From Candidatus Omnitrophota bacterium (lineage in GTDB: Bacteria; Omnitrophota; Gorgyraeia; Duberdicusellales; 4484-171), in assembly GCA_014729775.1 (NCBI GenBank), contig WJJJ01000006.1, forward strand, positions 16,694 to 80,693: a stretch of DNA of 64,000 bases, in the 5' to 3' direction. Numbering within the stretch: the first letter of the stretch is position 1; the number at the start of each line of letters is the position of its first letter. The translations under genes and the position numbers were made by a program. Shown piece by piece: positions 54,677 through 64,000 of the stretch. The notes beneath the pieces were generated by a model. It saw nothing but the letters and a program-made list of their open reading frames with translations, was not told the DNA's origin and ran no database searches.

Positions 54677-55315
54677 TTATCGAATAATTTTCTTCAACTC
54701 GACAATACGGTCAATCAGAAAATCCGGTCCGGCTTTGCGCAGTGACTGGAGATCACCGACACCGTAGGTCACCCCGCAGGTGATAAGACCGGCCCTTTTT
54801 CCCGCGAGGATATCCACATCCATATCTCCAATGAATACCGCTCTCGACGGAGGCACGCGAAACAATTCTCTGGCCCGGTCAACCGGACACGCGTCCGGTT
54901 TTAGGCACCGGTCGTCGTCTCCGCCGACGATATGAAGAAAATATGTGTCCAGGTGCACCGCTTTTAATACCGCCTCAGCCATTTCTTTGCGGGCATTCGT
55001 CGTCACCAGAAGTACTTTTTCCCGGAAATGCTCCAGCACATCCTCCACTCCCGAAAAAACCTTCATTTCTTCCAGGTTCCGGCGGTAATGATTCGTAAAG
55101 AGTTCTACTCCCCGGTCAACGACTTCCTTTCTTTGTCCCGCACACTGATAGACCAGATCCCGCACGCCCGTCCCTATCACGGCCACCACTTCGTCAAAAG
55201 AGCGTTGGGGAAGATCAAGATCGCGTAACATCTCGTTGACCGCATGGGTAATGTGTTCCCGGGAATCCACCAGGGTACCGTCCAAATCAAAGATCAGCAT
55301 GTCCGCTTCAGACAT
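54677..55315 (-). CDS. HAD-superfamily hydrolase (phosphoglycolate-phosphatase-like)
   Basis: Motif I LIFDLDGTLVDS at the chosen start MSEADM. Motif II/III pattern (TNARK.., GDMDVDILAG). Confidence 0.7.
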   Translation of the reverse strand: MSEADMLIFDLDGTLVDSREHITHAVNEMLRDLDLPQRSFDEVVAVIGTGVRDLVYQCAGQRKEVVDRGVELFTNHYRRNLEEMKVFSGVEDVLEHFREKVLLVTTNARKEMAEAVLKAVHLDTYFLHIVGGDDDRCLKPDACPVDRARELFRVPPSRAVFIGDMDVDILAGKRAGLITCGVTYGVGDLQSLRKAGPDFLIDRIVELKKIIR

Positions 55316-56006
55316 CGATCCCCTTTCGCCCCTGCCGTCGTTTTTGCCGAATCGCTTCTTCAAACACCACACCGCCGGAAATAATATACTTGAGAGCCGT
55401 ATCGACCGCGACATCCAACACCTGCACTTTTTCCCGGGGAAAGAGCATTAACAGCCCTGAAAACGGCGCGGGCGCAAGCGCGATAAACACGTTGACCAAA
55501 TCCTTGCCGGTTTTTTGGCTCAGTACGTCAAGCTGTTCATTGGTAAGAAAACCCAATGAGTACGTCCCGGGATAAGGATACTCTACCAGCACCACTTTTT
55601 GGAATTCAGTTTTTTTCTCTCCGAACAGGAAATCCGAAAGCTGCTTGGCGGCGGGATAAATATTGGCGACAAACGGAATCTTCAACAAGAGCCTTTCCAG
55701 CCAGGGAAACAATTTCTGCCCAACTAAATGAGTAGACAACACCCCCACCCCGACCACACACAGAATCAGCACAATGAAGCCGAGACCGGGAATACGAGAT
55801 CCGGTGAGTTCAAACAGAACCGAATTGATATACCGTTCGGCAAACCCGTTTATCGCCTGGAATAAAAATACCAGAATGTAAATCGTGACCGCCAGCGGGA
55901 ACAGCGCCGCGATCCCGGCGAAAAAATACTTTCTGACACGGATAAGCCATCCCTTCTGTCTGTCAGAAGCCGACCGCCCCTTCTCGACGCCGGCATTCGT
56001 TGTCAT
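55308..56006 (-). CDS. DUF502-family membrane protein
   Basis: IRVRKYFFAGIAALFPLAVTIYILVFLF is the DUF502 N-terminus. Confidence 0.6.
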   Translation of the reverse strand: MTTNAGVEKGRSASDRQKGWLIRVRKYFFAGIAALFPLAVTIYILVFLFQAINGFAERYINSVLFELTGSRIPGLGFIVLILCVVGVGVLSTHLVGQKLFPWLERLLLKIPFVANIYPAAKQLSDFLFGEKKTEFQKVVLVEYPYPGTYSLGFLTNEQLDVLSQKTGKDLVNVFIALAPAPFSGLLMLFPREKVQVLDVAVDTALKYIISGGVVFEEAIRQKRRQGRKGIDV

Positions 56007-56027
56007 ACGCGCTCCCTCCGCAGTTCA

Positions 56028-56471
56028 TTATTGGGCAACAAATTTATCTTTTCCTACTCCGCATACCGGACACCGCCAGTCATCAGGAATTTTGTCAAAG
56101 GGAGTGCCCGGCTCGATACCTCCGTCGGGATCTCCCTTGGCCGGATCGTACACGTATCCGCACACCGTGCAGCGGAAAGTTCCTTCATTTTGCTTTGATC
56201 CTTTCTGCGGCTGTTTCTCGGCACCGCGCGCTTCGGTAATTTTTTCCCGGGTTTCCCCGCCGGGACTTTCCACATGGAAGCCTATTTTTACCGTGACCTG
56301 CCAGTAATCCACCCGTTTATTCACGATGTGCCCGCGGGTTTCCACCACTTCAAACCACCGCATATTCCGGATCGACTCCCCGGCCTGAGAAATGGCGTTC
56401 TGCACCGCGGATTCGATACCGGTCTTAGAAGACCCCACTATTTCGACCTTTTTATACACTGCTTCGCTCAC
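56028..56471 (-). CDS. dodecin-rubredoxin fusion protein
   Basis: Residues 1-68 ([48 protein letters not shown]) are a dodecin. A linker follows, then a canonical rubredoxin ([38 protein letters not shown]). Confidence 0.65.
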   Translation of the reverse strand: MSEAVYKKVEIVGSSKTGIESAVQNAISQAGESIRNMRWFEVVETRGHIVNKRVDYWQVTVKIGFHVESPGGETREKITEARGAEKQPQKGSKQNEGTFRCTVCGYVYDPAKGDPDGGIEPGTPFDKIPDDWRCPVCGVGKDKFVAQ

Positions 56472-56687
56472 CGCAACCCCCCCTCCTTGTACCCCAGTTC
56501 GACCTGCAAATATTCTCTATTCACCGATAGTATACACTTGCTTCCCACCGGTGCAACATGATTTTCTCCGGCGCGCCTCTTGCGGATTCTGCCCAACGGC
56601 CACGAAACAACGACCATGAGCGGTTTCTTCACATTTTTAGTTTTTTCGCTATGCTTCTCTGAAATCAAGGATCGAAGATCAACCGTC

Positions 56688-56930
56688 TCAAGAACCGATC
56701 CCGACCGCCTGATCGATCGCCGGCTTGTCAAAACCGACAATAATATTCCCCTCCACATCGAGTACAGGAACTCCCATTTGTCCCGACTTCTCCTGCATCT
56801 CTTTGATCTTCTCGGCGTCGCCTGCGACGTTGACCTCTTCGTACTCGACCTGGTGTTCTTCCAGATACTGTTTTGTTTTTTGACAATAAGGACACGTCGG
56901 CGTGCTGTAAATGGTTACTTTCACCATCAA
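56688..56930 (-). CDS. glutaredoxin-like protein (NrdH/Grx fold)
   Basis: 80 aa with CPYC active site and GVPVL motif. Confidence 0.7.
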   Translation of the reverse strand: MMVKVTIYSTPTCPYCQKTKQYLEEHQVEYEEVNVAGDAEKIKEMQEKSGQMGVPVLDVEGNIIVGFDKPAIDQAVGIGS

Positions 56931-56978
56931 ATTCCCTCCTTTCTTACCACGGTAACTTTTCTTTTTCCCGACTTCTCT

Positions 56979-57491
56979 TTACTGGAGCTTTTTCCGGGCC
57001 GCTTCGATAAAGGCCGGGAGGTCGGACGGCTGGCGGCTAGTCACCAGATTCCCGTCAACCACGACTTCCTGATCACAGTACTCGGCGCCGGCATAGATGA
57101 GATCCTGCCGGATTGATTTCCATCCGGTCGCTTTCCTTCCTTCCAGTGCTTTAGCGGTAACGAGCAGCTGCGCCCCATGGCAGATGCTGAACACCGGCTT
57201 GCCGTCATCCATGAATTTTCTTGCGAACGCGACCGCATCAGGGCTGACGCGAAGACGATCCGGAGAATACCCTCCCGGAATCAATAACGCGTCAAACCGA
57301 TCGGGCTGCGCCTCCGTGACTGCCTGGTCGATCTTTACCGTGGTTCCTTCTTTTTTCCCTTTCACTTCCGCGCCGGCTTTTACCCCCAGATGAACCAACT
57401 CATGCCCCGCGTCGCGAAAGGCGTCCGCGGGTTTCTGGTATTCGGAATCTTCAAACATGTCGTCGATGATCACCGCTATCTTTTTCCCCAT
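56979..57491 (-). CDS. DJ-1/PfpI-family protein (YhbO-like)
   Basis: Start chosen at MGKKIAVIIDD. Catalytic elbow ICHGAQLL. Motif ALLIPGG. Confidence 0.8.
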   Translation of the reverse strand: MGKKIAVIIDDMFEDSEYQKPADAFRDAGHELVHLGVKAGAEVKGKKEGTTVKIDQAVTEAQPDRFDALLIPGGYSPDRLRVSPDAVAFARKFMDDGKPVFSICHGAQLLVTAKALEGRKATGWKSIRQDLIYAGAEYCDQEVVVDGNLVTSRQPSDLPAFIEAARKKLQ

Positions 57492-57692
57492 TTTTTCCTC
57501 CCCTCTCTTTTTCTGTCCGGCAATTTTCCGCCTTCCCTCTTTTTCCACTTATATTTTAACGCAGAAAGGAAAGAGAGCCATGGGGATATTCTCCTTTTTC
57601 TTGACCTGTTTCTCCCGATGCAGGACTTAATGGGCGGGATCGAAAAAGAACGATAATGGGCGTATGCACCGGACATCTATAGGTGTATGCAG

Positions 57693-58484
57693 TTACGCAG
57701 ATTGAGCGAATCGTTTCAAACCCCGTTTCATACGGCGGATCAAACGAATCCTGTGGCCGGGCGCTTCGTACCGCAGACGCTTCAAGTATCTGCGCATCGG
57801 ATTACGGTCCGGAGTAAAATGGCGGCACTCATCCAGCTGACACCATACATCCGCGGTCATTCGTGCGATTTTGCGGCACACGTCTTCCGGCAGGTACGTA
57901 TACCCGGCGTTGCTGTCAGGCCGAAAATTGTAACGAAACGCGATCCCCAGATGACGGCACAATGCCGCAACTACACCGGGATCCTCGACGAGATCTTCGT
58001 ATTTGACCACAAAAATATTCTGCGCAGACAGAGACAGGGCGTCGATCACCTGGCGGTTCCTTTCTCGCCACTGCTCGATAAACCCGTCAATCGCAGCCAA
58101 CGGATCCGGATACCTCGCGATGGAATCGTAAAATGCCTGTTTGGCGTCAGTCCTGTGGCGGTAATGCTCAAGGGTCGAATAACACACGTTCACCGGATCT
58201 CGATAAATCCATACAAGATACACCGTATACGCATGGAACTCTTCCAGGATCTGATTGATACGGTGATCCGCGGTTGCGTTCGGCATCTTTATTAATACCG
58301 GTTTTTCGCTGTTTTGCAGACACTCCCGGATTTGCGATTCAGGCTTCAGATTCCAGTCCTTGAACAGTTCGGAATCAATGGCCTCTTCATATCCGCAACA
58401 GGTTTTCCCGTTCAGCAGAGTATAATATAAAACGCTCGTGCCCGAACGCTGAATGCCGGAAACCATCACAAGTTTGTTATTCAT
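57693..58484 (-). CDS. sulfotransferase-family protein
   Basis: 5'-PSB-like P-loop MVSGIQRSGTS and a downstream 3'-PB-like region. Confidence 0.5.
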   Translation of the reverse strand: MNNKLVMVSGIQRSGTSVLYYTLLNGKTCCGYEEAIDSELFKDWNLKPESQIRECLQNSEKPVLIKMPNATADHRINQILEEFHAYTVYLVWIYRDPVNVCYSTLEHYRHRTDAKQAFYDSIARYPDPLAAIDGFIEQWRERNRQVIDALSLSAQNIFVVKYEDLVEDPGVVAALCRHLGIAFRYNFRPDSNAGYTYLPEDVCRKIARMTADVWCQLDECRHFTPDRNPMRRYLKRLRYEAPGHRIRLIRRMKRGLKRFAQSA

Positions 58485-58611
58485 ACACTTCCCATCGCGC
58501 CGTCTTTGACCTCATCAAGTCTGTTATATCGTGATATATGAGGCCGGTCAACATAAAAACATACCAGATCCTCCCCGCCGGCCGGGATTTCCCTTTCGTT
58601 ACCGCGTTTAT

Positions 58612-59373
58612 TTATTCCGCATAGATCATTTTCCGGGTCATTCCCCCGTCAACGATCAAATTCACCCCCGTGACGAAAGAGTTTTCCGGTTCTCCCAGGA
58701 ATTTTACCGCACGCGCGACATCATCCGGGATCCCGACCCGGCCCGCCGGATGCTGAGCGTGATCTACCTTGGTGAGGGTCTCTTTCTTTCTGCGGGAAGA
58801 TTTGGCCCACCCGGAAACATCGATCCATCCCGGGCTCACCGCGTTTACCCGGATTTCAGGCCCGAGACTCACCGCCAGTGAATGGGTCAACGCGAGTACG
58901 CCGCCCTTTGAAGCCGAATATGCGAAGGTATCAGCCTCTGACATCAGCGCCCGGGTCGAGGCAATATTCACGACTGCGCCGCGGGATTTGCGCAGATAGG
59001 GCGCGCAGTGCTTCACAGATAAAAAATATCCGGTCAGATTGACCGCCAGCTGGCGATTCCATTCCGCGTGGGAGAATTCCTCCAAAGACGCATTCTTTAC
59101 CACTGCCGCGTTATTCACCAGAACATCTATTCTTCCGAAGACCTGAACCGCCTGCTCCACCATGGCCTCGACCGAATCCGGAACCGCGGTGTCGCATTCT
59201 ATGAACTTTATTATTCCCTGATCCTTCCCTTCTTGTTCAGTTTCTTCACCCGCTTCCCGGTCAAGCTCGGCAATGACCACCCGGAAACCTTCTTCCAGAA
59301 ACCGCAGAGCGACACATTTCCCTATACCCTGACCTCCGCCGGTAACGACCGCTACTCTGTGCTTCCTTCCCAT
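58612..59373 (-). CDS. short-chain dehydrogenase/reductase (SDR)
   Basis: Start chosen at MGRKHRVAVVTGGGQGIG (TGxxxGxG). NNAA. YSASK catalytic triad. Confidence 0.8.
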   Translation of the reverse strand: MGRKHRVAVVTGGGQGIGKCVALRFLEEGFRVVIAELDREAGEETEQEGKDQGIIKFIECDTAVPDSVEAMVEQAVQVFGRIDVLVNNAAVVKNASLEEFSHAEWNRQLAVNLTGYFLSVKHCAPYLRKSRGAVVNIASTRALMSEADTFAYSASKGGVLALTHSLAVSLGPEIRVNAVSPGWIDVSGWAKSSRRKKETLTKVDHAQHPAGRVGIPDDVARAVKFLGEPENSFVTGVNLIVDGGMTRKMIYAE

Positions 59374-59503
59374 TGAAATTCTCCTCTTTTGAATATTTAC
59401 TCCATGATCTTCGGCTCGACCCGAACCATCCGCAGAAAAGGGGACGGTTCTATTTTCACCTCCAAAACATTCGTTCACCTCTGCGAGTAACAGAAAGGGA
59501 GTG

Positions 59504-60286
59504 TCACTGCTGGCACTCGGCACACCAGTACCCGCTCCTGCCGCCGATTTTTCCTTTTTGGATCCGGCCGCCACACCTCGGACACCTCCCGCCCTTCCCT
59601 CTGGCGGGAATAAGCCAGGTCCGCGGCATCTGCGCGGGGTCGGCCTTATACTGCACGGATTTTTCCAAGACATATTTCATTTTCTGAAAAACATTTTTTT
59701 TCTCTTCTTCGGTAAGCCGGCTGACCTTTTTTTTGGGCAGCACACCCGCCTGAAAAAGGATCTCATCGGAATAAATGTTCCCGATTCCGGCGAGGTACTT
59801 CTGGCTCATTAAGGCCTGTTTCGCGGTACTGCGGCCGCGCCCCAGCGCGTCGCTGAAAGTCTCAAAATCCACCTCCAGCGCGTCCGGTCCCAGCTTCTGT
59901 TTCCGGATGTACTCATCCATCGACCCCGCATACTGGATCCGGCCCAGCAACCGCCGGTTATCAAAGGCAAGCGTATACCCGTTGGCAAACCTGAACCGCG
60001 CCCGGGGATGCCCCGGTTCCGCACCAGGATCTTTGTAGTACCGGAAAAAACCGGTCATGCCGAAGTGGACCACCAGCCAGTCTCCCTTTTTCAACTTGAC
60101 GAAAAGATACTTCCCCCGGCGGTCGGCAGTTTTGAATTCGTCGTTCTTCAGTTTTTTGCGAAACTTCGGTTCCGTGATCCCTTTTAATATCCTTTTCCTG
60201 TCCACTTCTACGTCTTTGATTTTTTTATGCAGACTCGTCCGCTTCAGATAGCGGCGAAACACTTCTACGTCAGGCAACTCGGGCAT
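59504..60286 (-). CDS. mutM: formamidopyrimidine-DNA glycosylase (Fpg/Nei family)
   Basis: N-terminal MPELPDVE catalytic Pro2/Glu3, H2TH region, and C-terminal zinc finger CPRCGG...C..C. Confidence 0.85.
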   Translation of the reverse strand: MPELPDVEVFRRYLKRTSLHKKIKDVEVDRKRILKGITEPKFRKKLKNDEFKTADRRGKYLFVKLKKGDWLVVHFGMTGFFRYYKDPGAEPGHPRARFRFANGYTLAFDNRRLLGRIQYAGSMDEYIRKQKLGPDALEVDFETFSDALGRGRSTAKQALMSQKYLAGIGNIYSDEILFQAGVLPKKKVSRLTEEEKKNVFQKMKYVLEKSVQYKADPAQMPRTWLIPARGKGGRCPRCGGRIQKGKIGGRSGYWCAECQQ

Positions 60287-60410
60287 TTTGACTCCTTTCT
60301 TTTCTCACAATCAATCCCCCCTCTGCCGGCCGACCTGACAGGGGTTGACAGGAAAGCGTCTCCCGACAACGGCACCGGCACGTTTTGCTGGCCGGTTACG
60401 TGTATCTTTT

Positions 60411-60536
60411 CTTATATCAGCACATAGGGATATCGGTCAAAAGCGGATAAGAGCATCAGATATTATGAGAATGCATTCTGATATGCTGCTCCTCTGAGAA
60501 CCTGCCCGCTGATCTCCTGGTCTGCTGATATACCCT
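60411..60536. repeat. intergenic repeat element copy D
   Basis: CTTATATCAGCACATAGGGATATCGG / GAGCATCAGATAT.. left end and CCCGCTGATCTCCTGGTCTGCTGATATACCCTC right end, similar to copy C. Confidence 0.5.
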
Positions 60537-60579
60537 CTTTTTCTATTTCTCTCTTCCCGTCCAGCATCCAGGATCTCCC

Positions 60580-63288
60580 CTACATTACCTTCAGCTTCTT
60601 CAATACCTGCGCCGCGGCAAGGGGAACCAGACTCGTTCCGAAGGCCAGCGCCCATTCCCCCCCCGTTAAAGGTACAGTCTTCAGCACCCGGGCCAAAAAG
60701 GGCACGTAGAGCGACAGGGATAAGAGTATGATCCCCAGCAGGAGCGCGGCCCAGACAAACCTGTTTCGGGTCACTTCATTCCTGAAAATTCGCGAATGTC
60801 GGTCCCGGACGTTAAACACGTGCCACAGAGAAGCCAGTCCCAGAGAAAAATAGGCGACGGTAACAGCCCGCGCGGGATCGGCCTTCATCACGAAAAGGAC
60901 ATAGGTAAAACAGCCGAATACCGCCAGTCCCATCAGCACCCCGTACACGAATACCGCGGCCCAGTGCGCGCGAGTCAGCACCTGCTCATCCGGACTGCGG
61001 GGGGGATGTTCCATCACGCGGGGATCTCCTTCCCCCATTCCCAAGGCGAGCGCGGGAAACACGTCGGTCACCAGGTTAAGAAAAAGGATCTGCAAAGGAA
61101 GCAGAGGCAGGGGAAGCCGCAAAACCGAAGCAATTCCTACGGCGGCAATCTCGCTCACATGACAGGGAAGCAGATACACGATAAACTTCCGTATATTCCC
61201 GAAAATAACCCTTCCCTGGGCGACCGCGCGCACGATCGTGGGGAATGAATCATCCTGCAACACGATATCGGCGGCTTCACGAGCTACCTGAGTTCCTCTT
61301 TGTCCCATTGCAATACCAATATCAGCCTTCTTTAACGCCGGCGCATCATTCACTCCATCGCCGGTCATTGCGACTACGTGGCGTTTTTTTTGATACATCT
61401 CAATAAGATCCAGTTTCTGTCCCGGCGTTACCCGCGCGAATATAGGAACATCCAGAATTTCGTTGAGTTCCGACTCGCTCATGTCATCGGGAGATTTCAG
61501 ATCTTTCCCTTCCACCGCGCGTAACGTCCGGTCCTGATCCAACCCTAAATCAGCCGCCACGGCTTCAGCGGTATCCGCCTGATCACCGGTTACCATTACC
61601 GTACGGATTCCCGCACGCGCGCATTCGGCCAGCGATGAGCGGATTTCCCCGCGGGGCGGGTCAAAAAATCCCACCAATCCCAAAAATACAAGATCCGCAT
61701 AGGGCTCTTCGGCCAACTGATGAACTCGTTTTTCGGCGCAGGCGAGCATTCGCAATCCTTTCTTGGCGTAGTCGCGGGAAATACGGCCCCACCGTTCTTT
61801 TGCCTCGGCGGAAAACGAACTCTCTTTTGATTCGGTACGGTACCTGCCGCAGGCTGCAATAACCTCCTCCGGCGCGCCTTTCACCAAGACCAAAAAAGGC
61901 GCGTCTTGTCCGTTATAGGTAGCCATCATTTTACGCTCGGAATCAAACGCCTCTTCGCGCTGTTCCGGGAAGCGGCGCTTCAACGCGTCCTTCCCTATGC
62001 CGGCAAGCTCACCGGCCTGGAGCAACGCGACCTCCAGGGGATCACCGACCGTCTTCTCGGGATCAGTACGGGAAAAAGACGCGTTGTTACATAACACCCC
62101 GCAGCGTATAAGATCGTTTACCCGGGGACGGTCTTTGACTTCAATCCGCGAAGACTGCTCGAAGAATCCTTCTCCCTCTTCCCCTGTAAAACGCGTTCGC
62201 ACCGGCTCGGCTCCGGACGGATGCAGGACACTTACTTCCATTCTGTTTTCGGTAAGCGTCCCCGTTTTATCCGTACAAATAATATCGGTTGAACCGAGTG
62301 TTTCGACTGCCGCGAGTTTTTCCACGATCGCGTTCTCCCGGGCCATACGCCACATGCCGCGCGCCAGCGCGATCGTCGCAACGACCGGAAGACCTTCGGG
62401 GATTGCCGCAATGGCGAGCACGATCGCCGTTTCGATCATAAGATAGGCCTCTTTTCCGGCCAGGATCCCGCTTACCGCCAACAGGGCCGCGACCGCTCCG
62501 GTCACCCATAACAGAACGTGTCCCAGCCGGTTGAGTTTCTTCTCGAGCGGCGTCTTTTCTTCCCCCGCCTCTTCGGCCAGCGATGAGATATTCCCCAGTT
62601 CTGTTTCCATCCCGGTCGCGGTCACCACGGCCTCGCCGGATCCGCGTAGAAGAGTGGTCCCTTTCCAAAGCATACTTCTGCGGTCGTGCAGAGGAGCATC
62701 CTCGGCGCACGGTTTTTCCTGTTTGGACACGGGCATGGATTCGCCGGTCAACGCTGATTCATTGGCCTGGAGCTTGGATGCCTCCAGGATACGCAGATCG
62801 GCCGATACGATATCCCCTTCATTCAAGAGCACGATATCTCCGGGAACGAGATCCTCGGCATCAATCTGCCTTGCTTCCCCGTTCCGCCGGACCACGGTTT
62901 TTACCCGGCTCAGTTTCTGGAGAGCTTCCATCGACCGGGAGGCTTTCAGCTCGGTAAAAAATCCGACAGCCGCATTGAGAAAGAGGGCGACCGCGATCGC
63001 CGCGGCCTGCACCCAGCCTTCAAAGAAAAACGAGATCACCGCGGCGGCAAGAAGCAGAATGATGATCACACTCTTGAATTGATTGATCAGAATAGCCCAA
63101 GCGCTCTTTTTCTTTTCGGTCCGGATACGGTTGGGACCCCACTGGCCGCGGCGGCGGGGGACTTCCTGCTCACTTACCCCTTTCCGGGCATCGATTCCCA
63201 GTTCATCCAGGACATCTCCGGATGGAGATGCCCAGGGAGCGGACAGTTTATCCTGCGGAGGGAATGTGGTATGTTGTTTTTTTTCCAT
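60580..63288 (-). CDS. P-type cation-transporting ATPase (type IIA/IIB, Ca2+-like)
   Basis: DKTGTLT phosphorylation site, TGES, TGDGVNDAPALKKADIGIAMG, ten TM helices, 902 aa. Confidence 0.9.
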   Translation of the reverse strand: MEKKQHTTFPPQDKLSAPWASPSGDVLDELGIDARKGVSEQEVPRRRGQWGPNRIRTEKKKSAWAILINQFKSVIIILLLAAAVISFFFEGWVQAAAIAVALFLNAAVGFFTELKASRSMEALQKLSRVKTVVRRNGEARQIDAEDLVPGDIVLLNEGDIVSADLRILEASKLQANESALTGESMPVSKQEKPCAEDAPLHDRRSMLWKGTTLLRGSGEAVVTATGMETELGNISSLAEEAGEEKTPLEKKLNRLGHVLLWVTGAVAALLAVSGILAGKEAYLMIETAIVLAIAAIPEGLPVVATIALARGMWRMARENAIVEKLAAVETLGSTDIICTDKTGTLTENRMEVSVLHPSGAEPVRTRFTGEEGEGFFEQSSRIEVKDRPRVNDLIRCGVLCNNASFSRTDPEKTVGDPLEVALLQAGELAGIGKDALKRRFPEQREEAFDSERKMMATYNGQDAPFLVLVKGAPEEVIAACGRYRTESKESSFSAEAKERWGRISRDYAKKGLRMLACAEKRVHQLAEEPYADLVFLGLVGFFDPPRGEIRSSLAECARAGIRTVMVTGDQADTAEAVAADLGLDQDRTLRAVEGKDLKSPDDMSESELNEILDVPIFARVTPGQKLDLIEMYQKKRHVVAMTGDGVNDAPALKKADIGIAMGQRGTQVAREAADIVLQDDSFPTIVRAVAQGRVIFGNIRKFIVYLLPCHVSEIAAVGIASVLRLPLPLLPLQILFLNLVTDVFPALALGMGEGDPRVMEHPPRSPDEQVLTRAHWAAVFVYGVLMGLAVFGCFTYVLFVMKADPARAVTVAYFSLGLASLWHVFNVRDRHSRIFRNEVTRNRFVWAALLLGIILLSLSLYVPFLARVLKTVPLTGGEWALAFGTSLVPLAAAQVLKKLKVM

Positions 63289-63291
63289 CGG

Positions 63292-64000
63292 TCATCTATC
63301 CGGCCGGAACAGGCTATCGATAAATTCTTTCGGCGACGCGGCCCCGTCGATCACCGCATGTATTCCCGTTGCGATCGGAAGCACTTGGCCCCGGTCTCGG
63401 GCCAGCGCGCACACCGGAGCCAGGACCCGGCATCCTTCCGGCAAACCCTGCATTTTTTCCTTTATCTCGGACTGTGACCGTCCCCGGGCCAGCAGTTCTC
63501 CGAACGTTCGGTGATGACTCTGCGCGCTCAAAGCGGTGGCGATCAGATCACCCAGGCCGGCGACGGAATACACCGTCTCTTTTCTCCCGCCGAGTAACCG
63601 GATCAATTCACTCATCTCATCCAGCGCGCTGGTGAGAAATGCGGCCCGGAAATTGACGCTGCGTATCCCTGAACCGCTGATCAGTCCCAATCCGATCGCG
63701 TAGATATTCTTGAGAATCCCGCCCCACTCCACCCCGGCGGCATCATCGCTGATCTGTACGCGGAATGCGGATGTCTGCGTGACCACGCGTACCTTTTCCC
63801 GCGCGTCATCACTGCCGCCGCTCACCAATACTTTACACGGCACTCCTCTGGCGAACTCGTCCGCGATGGACGGTCCTGACATCACGGTCACCTCATGACC
63901 GCAGAAAAGTTCCCGGAGCACGTCCGTGGCGGTACGTAGGGTATTGGGTTCGATGCCCTTAGAAAGGTTAATCACGACCTGCTCCGGGGGAGAATCCGCG
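63292..64000 (-). CDS. gpsA: NAD(P)H-dependent glycerol-3-phosphate dehydrogenase, C-terminal part (5' end beyond window)
   Basis: The frame stays open to base 64000. ISKG/NIYAIGLGL/GLGDL.T motifs of the GpsA C-terminal domain are present; the N-terminal Rossmann fold is missing from the window. Confidence 0.75.
   Translation of the reverse strand, partial: ADSPPEQVVINLSKGIEPNTLRTATDVLRELFCGHEVTVMSGPSIADEFARGVPCKVLVSGGSDDAREKVRVVTQTSAFRVQISDDAAGVEWGGILKNIYAIGLGLISGSGIRSVNFRAAFLTSALDEMSELIRLLGGRKETVYSVAGLGDLIATALSAQSHHRTFGELLARGRSQSEIKEKMQGLPEGCRVLAPVCALARDRGQVLPIATGIHAVIDGAASPKEFIDSLFRPDR

Noticed and set aside
1-64000. Mobile genetic element or genomic island
   Set aside because: No integrase, transposase, recombinase, phage structural genes or tRNA-adjacent junctions were found. 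Gene content is housekeeping plus envelope genes, and GC content looks uniform.

Overview
This is a GC-rich (~58%) bacterial chromosomal segment with diderm-type envelope genes. It carries about 75 protein-coding genes; all except the 5'-truncated mutL at the left edge lie on the minus strand, packed tightly with many 4-nt start/stop overlaps. I found no rRNA, tRNA, CRISPR array, transposase or integrase. Recognisable housekeeping genes are mutL, rlmB, infA, dinB, aroK, htpG, ubiE, metF, hcp (with an Rrf2 regulator), gltA, ptsI, mutM and gpsA (truncated at the right edge). Around them are many envelope and transport genes: two MscS channels, a sugar ABC transporter operon, an M50 protease, a rhomboid protease, a mini YdbH plus a fused YnbE-YdbL lipoprotein, a mini TamB-like protein, a P-type cation ATPase and a SemiSWEET transporter. 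The non-standard signals, in rough order of interest, are: (1) a dispersed ~100-140 bp intergenic repeat family with ATATCAG...CTGATAT inverted termini, in 5 copies; (2) a GATC-rich motif (CAAGGATC..GGATCC..CAGAATC) plus a pyrimidine tract abutting the stop codons of at least 11 genes; (3) a (GAGAA)10 microsatellite in the promoter of a four-gene operon of unknown envelope proteins; (4) a ~40-aa N-terminal module shared by four secreted proteins; (5) a radical-SAM / nucleotide-sugar transferase / FAD-oxidoreductase trio flanked by membrane proteins; (6) a dodecin-rubredoxin fusion inside a redox-stress cluster; (7) several perfect palindromic candidate operators. All protein calls rest on motif recognition in the supplied translations, because I could not run any homology search.
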